NCBI RefSeq assembly: GCF_000406145.1
Contig: NZ_CM001976.1
Span: 3,935,372-3,967,371, forward strand
Direction of reading: 5' to 3'
DNA from: Dickeya dadantii NCPPB 898
GTDB lineage: Bacteria > Pseudomonadota > Gammaproteobacteria > Enterobacterales > Enterobacteriaceae
DNA length: 32,000 nt
The notes beneath the pieces are model-generated. The model made no database searches. It saw nothing but the letters and a program-made list of their open reading frames with translations, and was not told the origin of the DNA. A program made the position numbers and the translations under genes. How positions within the stretch are numbered: the first letter of the stretch is position 1; the number at the start of each line of letters is the position of its first letter. Of the stretch, positions 13,288-21,243 are shown in pieces.

Positions 13288-15756
13288 ATGAGGATTCACC
13301 GCTTCACCGGGCGCAACGCGACACTGACGCCGCTGCTGGCCTTGTTGCTTCCATTGGCATTGCTGCTCCCGCCGGCTGCCTATACCGCACCGCCGGAATC
13401 GGCGTCCGCGCCGTCCGTCGCGCCCGACGCCCCGACTTACGCCCAATGCCTGCAAGCGCTGGAGCGGATGGACAGCCGACGCTTTACCCGCATCACGCAG
13501 GATAAACTGGCGATCATCTACCACGACAATTCGGCGTATCAGGCGGATTATCACCAACCGGGCGACTACCTTGCCGACGGGCTGTTCGGCCCCAAGACGC
13601 GCAAATGGCTGGCGACGTTTTGCGGTGAATTCGACATCACGCCGCCGCCCAACCGCAACACCTTCGCCGAAGTGCTGCTGGTGTCGCTAGCCAAGGTGTC
13701 GGAACTTGACCAGCTCTACCCTTACTGGCGTAACCGCATGGGCGCGCCGGAACTGTTGCAGTGGCCGGCGCAGAAAACCATCGACTTCCTCACGACGCAG
13801 ATGGACGGCGTCATCCCCCCGCCGCCGGAGACAACGTCGCCGCAGTATTACGCCCTGACGGAGGACGACCTGCGCAAACTGGCGGAGCGCAACGCCATCC
13901 AGACCCAACTGGACGACCTGATCGGCCACCAGTTCACCAGCCCGGTGGAACTGAACAACGCGGTGCGCCCGTTGATCCGCCAGTTGCACGGCAATGAGGA
14001 GCAGATCCTGCGACAGATTGTGGACGCCGTACCGGCCAGCGACGGTAACCGCAGCCGTCCCCAACCCGCCGCCGCGCGTTCCACGCCGGGGGACAGCACA
14101 CTGGAGGACAACCCGACGGACGACAGGGCGCAGCCCGACGATCAGGCGCGTGCCGATGTCGCCGACGCCCGGCAACACAGCGACGCCGGCACCGCCGCGC
14201 CGGTTACCGTCTATTCGCTGAATCAGAATGCGCTGGAGCTGGCTTATCTGGATCTCAATCTGGTGTCGGTAGACAAAGACGCACTGGCGCGGCTGGCAAC
14301 GTTGAAAGACACCCCGTTCGCCGACCGCTACCAACTGGCGGTGGCGATGAAAATGGCCGGGCTTGACCGCCTCAGCCACCAGAGCCGGCAACGCATTCTG
14401 GAGATCGCCCACAAAGACGGCGCGCCTGCGGCAACTACCCCGCCGATGGTCTGGCGCGCCCCCGCCGACTGCGGCTGTGAAGACAGCACCCCGAACGTTA
14501 ACGGCGCCGACGCCACCTTCTACGGTTTTTATCCTTACTGGCAGCCGCTGACCGACGGGCAAACCCTCAACTTTCGTCAACTGGACCGCATCGGCTATTT
14601 CTCCGCCGCGGTCTTGCCGGGCGCGCGCGACCCGCAACTGGTGCTGCCGCCCAACTGGCGCAAAACCCGCCCTTATAACGATTTTATCCGGCTGGCGCAC
14701 CGCTACCGCACCCATGTCGATCTGGTGGTGTCCACGCCGAGAAAACTGCCGTCGCCGGCGCTGGTCAGCCTGTTCACCTCGTCACTGATCGCCCGTCTCG
14801 GCGCCAGCATTCAAACCCCGCTTGACGACGACTGGATCAACCGCGCCAAACCCTGGCTGACCTTCGGTTTGAGTCCGTCGGATACGATGGCGGACGGCGT
14901 AACGCTGGACTTCGACCTGACCCGGCTCACCACCCGCGCCGGTCAGCAGACGTTTATGCGCTTTGTGCAGGCGCTGCGCAAAACCCTCACGCCCGTCGGC
15001 CAAACGCCCGAGACGCCGCCCCGCTACGCCATCAACCTGATGGTGCCGGTGGAGCCGCTGCTGAAGGGCCAGGGGTTTTATACGCTGGATAACCTGCGGG
15101 AACTGCTACCGTATGTGGATCGGTTTATTCTGCAGCCGGAGCCCCCTGACGGCATGGTCAAACCGCGTCGGGCGCTCGACCAGTTGAGCGATCTGCGCCA
15201 TTTTTTAAGCCAGCAGCCGCAGGCCGCCGTTCCTGAGCTGTATCGCAAGATGGTGCCGATCCTGATTACCGACGCCAACCGCCAGCAGACGACTGATCTG
15301 GCGGAACTGGTGCGCTACAGCAGTTGGAGCTTTCTCAGCGCCGCTTACTGGCCGCTGCCGCTCGACGAAGCCAGCCAGCAGCTCATCAGCCAGACGTACT
15401 ACCCCACCGCCGACCTGCCGGCGCCGCTGGCGCAGATAGCCGCGGCAGTCAATGCGGTTATCGACATCATCTGCCCCAACCGCTGGGTGCTGCGCCTGAT
15501 CCTGTTTATCACCTTCTGGGGGATTGTCGTCACCGGCGTCGCCAGCCTGTGGCTGTTCCCGGTGCGCAAGGTCACCGACTCGCTGTGGTTCGCCGGTTTC
15601 GTGGTGCTGTTCGCCGCGGCGCTAATGCTGGCGCTGGTAGCCGACCCGTACTGGCAACAATACCAGACGCTGATCCTGCTACTGTTCGCCGCCGTGGTGG
15701 TGACCATCGCCGTACTGCAACGCATCAGGAAAAACCGGCGGGAGCGGAATCCGTAA
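13288..15756 (+). CDS. Exported, C-terminally membrane-anchored protein with a peptidoglycan-binding-like motif and a degenerate GH18 (chitinase-like) region; 822 aa
   Basis: ATG 13288 gives MRIHRFTGRNATLTPLLALLLPLALLLPPAAYTAPP, a signal-peptide-like start. ADGLFGPKTRKWLATFCGEF (nt 13573-13632) resembles the PG_binding_1 core (DG.fG..T...l..FQ). A Pro/Asp/Ala-rich linker follows. FYGFYPYW (14518-14541), LDRIGYFSA, HVDLVVS, ADGVTLDFDL (14890-14919), YAINLMVP and VDRFILQ follow the GH18 TIM-barrel strand pattern, but the DxxDxDxE motif reads DGVTLDFD, so the catalytic Glu is absent. Three hydrophobic helices lie at nt ~15480-15720, followed by a basic tail RIRKNRRERNP. Domain calls are by eye. 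Confidence 0.5.
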   Translation: MRIHRFTGRNATLTPLLALLLPLALLLPPAAYTAPPESASAPSVAPDAPTYAQCLQALERMDSRRFTRITQDKLAIIYHDNSAYQADYHQPGDYLADGLFGPKTRKWLATFCGEFDITPPPNRNTFAEVLLVSLAKVSELDQLYPYWRNRMGAPELLQWPAQKTIDFLTTQMDGVIPPPPETTSPQYYALTEDDLRKLAERNAIQTQLDDLIGHQFTSPVELNNAVRPLIRQLHGNEEQILRQIVDAVPASDGNRSRPQPAAARSTPGDSTLEDNPTDDRAQPDDQARADVADARQHSDAGTAAPVTVYSLNQNALELAYLDLNLVSVDKDALARLATLKDTPFADRYQLAVAMKMAGLDRLSHQSRQRILEIAHKDGAPAATTPPMVWRAPADCGCEDSTPNVNGADATFYGFYPYWQPLTDGQTLNFRQLDRIGYFSAAVLPGARDPQLVLPPNWRKTRPYNDFIRLAHRYRTHVDLVVSTPRKLPSPALVSLFTSSLIARLGASIQTPLDDDWINRAKPWLTFGLSPSDTMADGVTLDFDLTRLTTRAGQQTFMRFVQALRKTLTPVGQTPETPPRYAINLMVPVEPLLKGQGFYTLDNLRELLPYVDRFILQPEPPDGMVKPRRALDQLSDLRHFLSQQPQAAVPELYRKMVPILITDANRQQTTDLAELVRYSSWSFLSAAYWPLPLDEASQQLISQTYYPTADLPAPLAQIAAAVNAVIDIICPNRWVLRLILFITFWGIVVTGVASLWLFPVRKVTDSLWFAGFVVLFAAALMLALVADPYWQQYQTLILLLFAAVVVTIAVLQRIRKNRRERNP

Positions 15757-15803
15757 CCACAGGCGGCAGTCTGAATCGTTCCTGCTATTGGGTTGGGCCG
15801 CTA

Positions 15804-16862
15804 TCAGCCCGCTGCTGAAACGGCCGGCGACATAATCCCCCGCACCGAACCCCTGACCTTCAGATGCCCGGCCAGTTCGATACGCTGGGCGACGCCGAGC
15901 GACTGGGTCGGCAGCAGTTGCTGGGTGAGCAGGTGCAACGCCGCGCGGGCCATCTCTTCAAACGGCAGATGCACGGTGGTGAGCGCCAGCGGCAGCATAT
16001 CCAGCGGCAGGATATCGTCCATCCCCATCACCGACATGTCATCCGGCACCCGCAGGCCGTGCTGGTTGAGCGCCTCCGCCACGCCGATGGCCTGATTGTC
16101 GGCGGCGCAGAAGATAGCGGTGACGCCAAGCCGGTCCGGGTGTTGCGCCAGCCAGCCGAGCAGCGCGTCGCGGGCGGTCAGCGGCTGGAAATCCGGCAGC
16201 GACAGAATTAACCGTTCATCCAGCGGGATACCCGCTTCAACCAGCGCGTCGCGGTAGCCGCGTTCGCGCTCACGGATGGTCTGGCGGGAATGCCAGGTCA
16301 AATGCAGAATACGCCGATGCCCCTGCACAATCAGGTAACGCACCGCGGCGGCGGCCGAGTAGTGGTTGGCGGGCATCACGGTGTTGAGCCGCATGGTCGG
16401 GTCTTCACCGTTGATCAACACCGCCGGCACGCCGCTTTCCGCCACCGCGTTGAGCAACGTGGGGTGGTCGTCGTTGACGATCAGAATGCCGCTCTCCCGC
16501 CCGCCGCGCAGCGCCTGCAACAGTTGCTGCTCGTTGATGCTGTCCGGCTCGCCGACAAACGGACTGAGCTGGATGTTGCGCTGCTGGCACAGGGTTTTCA
16601 GCCGGTTGATCAGCGTCAGCGACACCAGATTGAGGTCGCTTTCCAGCATCAGGTTGCGCGGCGTCGCCAGCATAATGTGGCGCAGCGGCTCCGGGTTGTC
16701 CGCCGTTTTGCTCGCCTTGTGCAGCGGGTACCCCTGCTCGGTGGCGATCGCCATAATCTGCTGGCGGACTTTGGCGCTGATGGGCGCGGTGCCGTTCAGC
16801 ACCCGGGATACCGTGCTGATCGACACGCCCGCGCGGTCGGCAATATCTTTGAGCGTCGCCAT
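15804..16862 (-). CDS. LacI/GalR-family transcriptional repressor
   Basis: MATLKDIADRAGVSISTVSRVLNG is the LacI-type HTH, followed by a periplasmic-binding-protein-like sugar-binding fold pattern. The ATG directly abuts the upstream permease stop (16863), so it is the last gene of the operon. Confidence 0.9.
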   Translation of the reverse strand: MATLKDIADRAGVSISTVSRVLNGTAPISAKVRQQIMAIATEQGYPLHKASKTADNPEPLRHIMLATPRNLMLESDLNLVSLTLINRLKTLCQQRNIQLSPFVGEPDSINEQQLLQALRGGRESGILIVNDDHPTLLNAVAESGVPAVLINGEDPTMRLNTVMPANHYSAAAAVRYLIVQGHRRILHLTWHSRQTIRERERGYRDALVEAGIPLDERLILSLPDFQPLTARDALLGWLAQHPDRLGVTAIFCAADNQAIGVAEALNQHGLRVPDDMSVMGMDDILPLDMLPLALTTVHLPFEEMARAALHLLTQQLLPTQSLGVAQRIELAGHLKVRGSVRGIMSPAVSAAG

Positions 16863-17915
16863 TTATTTCATTCCCGTGTTGGCAATGCCGGTGGTGATGT
16901 ATTTTTGCAGGAACACGAACACCGCCGTCACCGGCAGCAGCGACAGCATGGTCATCGCCAGAATATAGTGCCACTGCACCGAGAACTGCCCCTGAAACGC
17001 ATTCAGGCCGATTTGCAGCGTGAAGTTGTCCTGACTGGACAGCACGATCAGCGGCCACAGGAAGTCGTTCCAGCGCCAGATAACCGAGAAGATCGCCAGC
17101 ACCGCCAGCGCCGGCGCGGTGAGCGGCAGGATGATTTTCCAGTAGATGCGAAACTCGCTGGCGGCGTCGATGCGTGCGGCTTCGATCAGCTCATCGGGGA
17201 TGGTCAGCATGTACTGGCGCAGCAGGAACACCCCGGTGGGCGTGGCGATGGTGGGAATAATCACCCCCCACAGGTTGTCGCCCATGCGCAGACCAATCAC
17301 CACCAGAAAGGTCGGCACCATCACTACCGACAGCGGGATCATCATGGTGGACAGAAATAGCGTCAGCACCGTACCGCGCCCTCGAAACTCATACTTCGCC
17401 AGCGCGAACGCCGCCATCGAACTGAGCAACAGCGTCAGCAACGTCGCCATCACCGTCACGAACACAGTGTTTTTCAGGTAGGTGGCGAAGTGGAATTTCG
17501 ACATCGGCGTGGTGTAGTTGTCGGTTTCCAGATGCAGGGTTTTCTGCGGCGTCAGGTTCTGCACCGGCACCCGCATCACCTCCTGCGGCGCTTTAGGGTC
17601 CACCATCTGCGCCAGCAGGCCGATGCGCCGCACCATCGCCAGCGTTTTGCTGCTGCCGTCGTCCTGCTTCGCCTGCCACAGCTCCAGCGGTTTCGGGTAG
17701 TCGGGCAGCGTGACGGTGCTGGCGGCCTCCGGCAGAAAACTGGGCGGAAAGCGGTTGATCTCCGCCGGGGTTTTTAGCGACGACATCGCCGCCCACATCA
17801 CCGGAATCAGCACCAGCAGCGTGCCGACCACCAGCCACACCCAGCTCAGGATGTCGGTGACGTGAATCCGCCCCGGATAACGGGTGCGGGTAAGAAATGT
17901 GATTATCTTCATCAT
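16863..17915 (-). CDS. Carbohydrate ABC transporter permease (MalG/binding-protein-dependent family), 350 aa with a long first periplasmic loop
   Basis: It has multiple TM segments and the EAA-loop region DELIEAARIDAASEFRIYWKIILPL. Confidence 0.9.
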   Translation of the reverse strand: MMKIITFLTRTRYPGRIHVTDILSWVWLVVGTLLVLIPVMWAAMSSLKTPAEINRFPPSFLPEAASTVTLPDYPKPLELWQAKQDDGSSKTLAMVRRIGLLAQMVDPKAPQEVMRVPVQNLTPQKTLHLETDNYTTPMSKFHFATYLKNTVFVTVMATLLTLLLSSMAAFALAKYEFRGRGTVLTLFLSTMMIPLSVVMVPTFLVVIGLRMGDNLWGVIIPTIATPTGVFLLRQYMLTIPDELIEAARIDAASEFRIYWKIILPLTAPALAVLAIFSVIWRWNDFLWPLIVLSSQDNFTLQIGLNAFQGQFSVQWHYILAMTMLSLLPVTAVFVFLQKYITTGIANTGMK

Positions 17916-17927
17916 GCCGGCTCCCGG

Positions 17928-18929
17928 TTATTTTTTGCCTTCCAGACGGCGGGTAAGCAGGAACTGCAACGCCGTCAGGACCATCAGCACCAACCCCATC
18001 AGCACCGACGCCGCCGACGCCAGCCCGTACAGCGACGCGTTGGAGGAAAACGCGGTCTGATAGATGTACTGCACAATAAAGTTGTTGGCGGTGCCCGGCC
18101 CGCCGCCGTTGGTCAGCACCCAGGCTTCATCGAAAATCTGCACGCTGTTGATGGTCAGCAGGATCACCACCACCAGAATGTTGGGCGCCAGCAACGGCAG
18201 CGTCAGGCTATAGAAACCACGCCAGCGCGAGGTGCCGTCCACCGCCGCCGCTTCGTAGATATCACGCGGGATCGCCTGCAACCCGGCCAGCAGAATCAGG
18301 GTATAAAAACCGACGTGAAACCACACCGACACGAACACCACCCAGAAGCGCGCCAGCGATGGCTCCAGCAAAAACGTAATCGGCTGGCCGCCCAGCGACG
18401 ACAGCAGCAGATTCAGCAAGCCGTTGCGGTTGAGAAACCACTGCCACACCAGCCCGACCACCACCGGCGACAGCAGCACCGGGTAGAAGAAGATGGCGCG
18501 GAAGAAACCGCGGGCGATGATCTTGCGGTTGAGGATCAGCGCGGTGACCAGCGCCACGCCGAGCGTGCACGTCACATTAAAAAAGGTAAATGAAACAGTG
18601 TTGTAGACGCCGGTCCAGAACAGATCCTGCTCGCAGGTGGCGGGCACCGTGTACTGCTCGCAACTCAACAGAGTAGTGAAGTTCTGCAACCCGACGTACG
18701 GCCGGTCCCACAGCAAAATATTGGTGCCGCCGGTGAAGGCGTAGCACACCGCCAGCAGGATCGGAATAAACACGAACACGGCGAACAGCAGCATGTTCGG
18801 CGCGATGAAAAACCACGGCATCACCCGGCGGCCGCCGAATTTTTGTAGCAGATTGACCGATTTTTCCACCGGCGTCACCAGCGTATCCACCAACGACGCG
18901 CCGGGCTGAATCAACGATTTTCGGTTCAT
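17928..18929 (-). CDS. Carbohydrate ABC transporter permease (MalF/UgpA-like), 333 aa
   Basis: Start chosen at ATG 18929 (MNRKSLIQPG), preceded by aggaga. The track start at 19043 would overlap the ATPase gene. EAA-loop region: DIYEAAAVDGTSRWRGFYSLTLPLL. Confidence 0.9.
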   Translation of the reverse strand: MNRKSLIQPGASLVDTLVTPVEKSVNLLQKFGGRRVMPWFFIAPNMLLFAVFVFIPILLAVCYAFTGGTNILLWDRPYVGLQNFTTLLSCEQYTVPATCEQDLFWTGVYNTVSFTFFNVTCTLGVALVTALILNRKIIARGFFRAIFFYPVLLSPVVVGLVWQWFLNRNGLLNLLLSSLGGQPITFLLEPSLARFWVVFVSVWFHVGFYTLILLAGLQAIPRDIYEAAAVDGTSRWRGFYSLTLPLLAPNILVVVILLTINSVQIFDEAWVLTNGGGPGTANNFIVQYIYQTAFSSNASLYGLASAASVLMGLVLMVLTALQFLLTRRLEGKK

Positions 18930-18957
18930 GCCTGTCTCCTGATTATGGCTGTCGCAA

Positions 18958-20058
18958 TCAGACATCCTGTTCCGCCAGACGCGGCAGCGCCTGACCGCTG
19001 TCGGCATCAAACAGGTGGCAATAGTCTGGCGGGAAGCGGACAAACACCAGCTCGCCGGTGCGGAATTCGTGGTGCCCCGGCAGGTGCACGATCAGCTCGT
19101 CGTCGATGCCGGCGCAGCGGCCGTAGATAAAGGTTTCGTGCCCCATCATTTCGCAACGGTCAATGCACAGCGACACACCGTCGTCACGCTCGCTCACCAG
19201 TTGGCAGTGCGACGGGCGGATACCCAGCTCCACCGTTTTTCCCTCTTCGCCGCGAAACGGCAGCCGCAGCAGATTGCCGGACGGACAGCGGACTTCCACC
19301 CCGTCGTCCGACGCGCTGCTAATGGTGGCGTGGAACATATTCATGCGCGGCGAACCGATAAAACCGGCCACAAACTTGTTTTTCGGCCGGTTGAACAGCT
19401 CCAGCGGCGTGCCCACCTGTTCGATGCGCCCGCCGTTGAGCACTACGATGCGCTGGGCCATGGTCATCGCCTCCACCTGATCGTGGGTGACGTAAATCAT
19501 GGTGGTGCGCAGCTTCTGGTGCAGCCGGGTCAGCTCGCCGCGGGTCTGTACCCGCAGTTTGGCGTCAAGGTTGGACAGCGGTTCGTCAAACAGGAACAGG
19601 TCCGGGTCGCGCACGATGGCGCGGCCGATGGCGACGCGCTGTTGCTGCCCGCCAGACAGCGCCCGCGGCTTGCGATCGAGATACGGTTCCAGCCCCAGCA
19701 TGCGCGCGGCCTCCCCGATGCGCCGTTCAATTTCGTCTTTGGGGAAATGCAGGTTTTCCAGCCCGAACGCCAGATTCTTGCGCACCGACAGGTGCGGATA
19801 GAGTGCGTAGGACTGGAACACCATGGCGATTTTGCGCTCCGCCGGGCCAAGATCGTTAACCTTGCGATCGCCGATCCACAGCTCGCCGTCGGTGATCGGT
19901 TCCAGACCGGCGATCATCCGCAACAACGTGGATTTACCGCAGCCGGACGGCCCGACGAACACCATGAACTCCCCGTCGCGGATGATCAGATCCACGCCTT
20001 TGATAATCTGTATCGACCCATAGCTTTTATGGACGTTTTTCAGTTCCAGACTTGCCAT
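18958..20058 (-). CDS. Sugar ABC transporter ATP-binding protein (MalK/UgpC/MsmK-like), 366 aa
   Basis: Start at ATG 20058 ([14 protein letters not shown]), preceded by gaggaa. Walker [10 protein letters not shown], signature [14 protein letters not shown], Walker [13 protein letters not shown], and a C-terminal MalK-type regulatory domain. Confidence 0.9.
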   Translation of the reverse strand: MASLELKNVHKSYGSIQIIKGVDLIIRDGEFMVFVGPSGCGKSTLLRMIAGLEPITDGELWIGDRKVNDLGPAERKIAMVFQSYALYPHLSVRKNLAFGLENLHFPKDEIERRIGEAARMLGLEPYLDRKPRALSGGQQQRVAIGRAIVRDPDLFLFDEPLSNLDAKLRVQTRGELTRLHQKLRTTMIYVTHDQVEAMTMAQRIVVLNGGRIEQVGTPLELFNRPKNKFVAGFIGSPRMNMFHATISSASDDGVEVRCPSGNLLRLPFRGEEGKTVELGIRPSHCQLVSERDDGVSLCIDRCEMMGHETFIYGRCAGIDDELIVHLPGHHEFRTGELVFVRFPPDYCHLFDADSGQALPRLAEQDV

Positions 20059-20070
20059 CACCGTTTCCTC

Positions 20071-20107
20071 AAACCCGTTTCTGTTTTCAAACCCGTTTCT
20101 GTTTTTC
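20071..20107. repeat. 18/19-bp tandem direct repeat filling the GH88-ATPase intercistronic gap
   Basis: aaacccgtttctgttttc (20071-20088) and aaacccgtttctgtttttc (20089-20107). The GH gene stop (20106-20108) lies inside the second unit. Confidence 0.85.
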
Positions 20108-21242
20108 AAACAGAATGCCGCTGCGCCAGCAGCATCAGCATGACCAGCGCCTGCCCGTACGGCACGGCGACATTGGGGATATCGTGATAAAACTGCAGGT
20201 CGTGGCCCATCGCGGTGCCGTCCGACACCCCTTGCACCACGCCCTGTTCATCAATCTGCGCCATCACCGCCGCCAGCCCTTTGTCCAGCGCCGCCTGCGG
20301 GAAATCCGCCAGCATGCCGAGCTGGCGGGCGGTGAGAATGCCGGCGATGAAACCGGCGCTGGCGGAGGTTTCCAGCGGCGAATCCGGGTCGTTGAGCAGG
20401 GTGTGCCACAGCCCGGAATCATGCTGACAGGCCGCCAGCGCGCGAGTCTGCTGGGTGAGGATCGCCTCCAGCGTGCGGCGCACCGGCACCGAGATCGGCG
20501 AGTCCGCCAGACAACAGATTTCCGGCAGCACCAGCGTCACCCAGGCGTTGCCGCGCCCCCAGAACGCCCCGGCGTAATGGTGGCGACCAAGGAACGTCCA
20601 GCCGTGATACCACAGCCCGCTGGCGACGTCCGCCAGATAGCGGGCGTGGGTCAGCAACTGGTATTCGGCTTCCTCCAGCAGTTCCCGGCGCTTGAGCACC
20701 CCGGCGCTGACCACCAGAAACAACCCGGCCATAAACAGCGTGTCGTCCCACAGTTGCCCGGTGTTGGGGCGCTCCTTGACCGTGTGCTGGAAGCCGCCGT
20801 CTTCGGTTTTCGGCAGCGAATGCAGCAGCCAGTCCGCCCACTCTTCCACCGCCGCCAGCCAGTGCGGACGCGGGTTATCGCGGCACAGCAGCGCCAGCAC
20901 CAGCATCGGCGCGGTGGAGTTGATTTGCCGCGGCGGCAGCCCGGCCTGCAATTTTTGCTCGTACCACTGTTCCAGCGCCGCCAGCATGGCGTGGTCCTGC
21001 CGCTGTCGCGCCAGTTTCCAGAAGCCGTACAGCCCGACGCCCACTTCCCAGTCCCACTCTTCGAACTGGATGGTCAGCGCCTCGCCGGCCGGCGCGCCGT
21101 CGTTCAGGTCGGTCACGCTGTTGATGGCTTTCAGGCGGCAAAACGCCAGCGCCACCTTGTCCAGCAGCGCATCAATATGCCGGCTGTCGGAGAGTCCGTT
21201 CATGGATTGTTCGGAGAGTCCGTTCATGGATTGTATTGTCAT
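20106..21242 (-). CDS. Glycoside hydrolase family 88/105 (Glyco_hydro_88: unsaturated glucuronyl / rhamnogalacturonyl hydrolase), 378 aa, no signal peptide
   Basis: [31 protein letters not shown] and [15 protein letters not shown] match the conserved blocks of the family. The N-terminus carries a 24-bp tandem duplication ([16 protein letters not shown]). Confidence 0.85.
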   Translation of the reverse strand: MTIQSMNGLSEQSMNGLSDSRHIDALLDKVALAFCRLKAINSVTDLNDGAPAGEALTIQFEEWDWEVGVGLYGFWKLARQRQDHAMLAALEQWYEQKLQAGLPPRQINSTAPMLVLALLCRDNPRPHWLAAVEEWADWLLHSLPKTEDGGFQHTVKERPNTGQLWDDTLFMAGLFLVVSAGVLKRRELLEEAEYQLLTHARYLADVASGLWYHGWTFLGRHHYAGAFWGRGNAWVTLVLPEICCLADSPISVPVRRTLEAILTQQTRALAACQHDSGLWHTLLNDPDSPLETSASAGFIAGILTARQLGMLADFPQAALDKGLAAVMAQIDEQGVVQGVSDGTAMGHDLQFYHDIPNVAVPYGQALVMLMLLAQRHSV

Positions 21243-21243
21243 G

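Noticed and set aside
1-15756. Myovirus prophage or R-type tailocin tail module
   Set aside because: The ruler protein has the CIS_TMP-like termini rather than a phage TMP with chaperone frameshift genes. No tail-fibre assembly, lysis, capsid or integrase genes are in the window, and the 3' boundary abuts housekeeping-type catabolic genes. This remains a formal alternative until the upstream region is seen.
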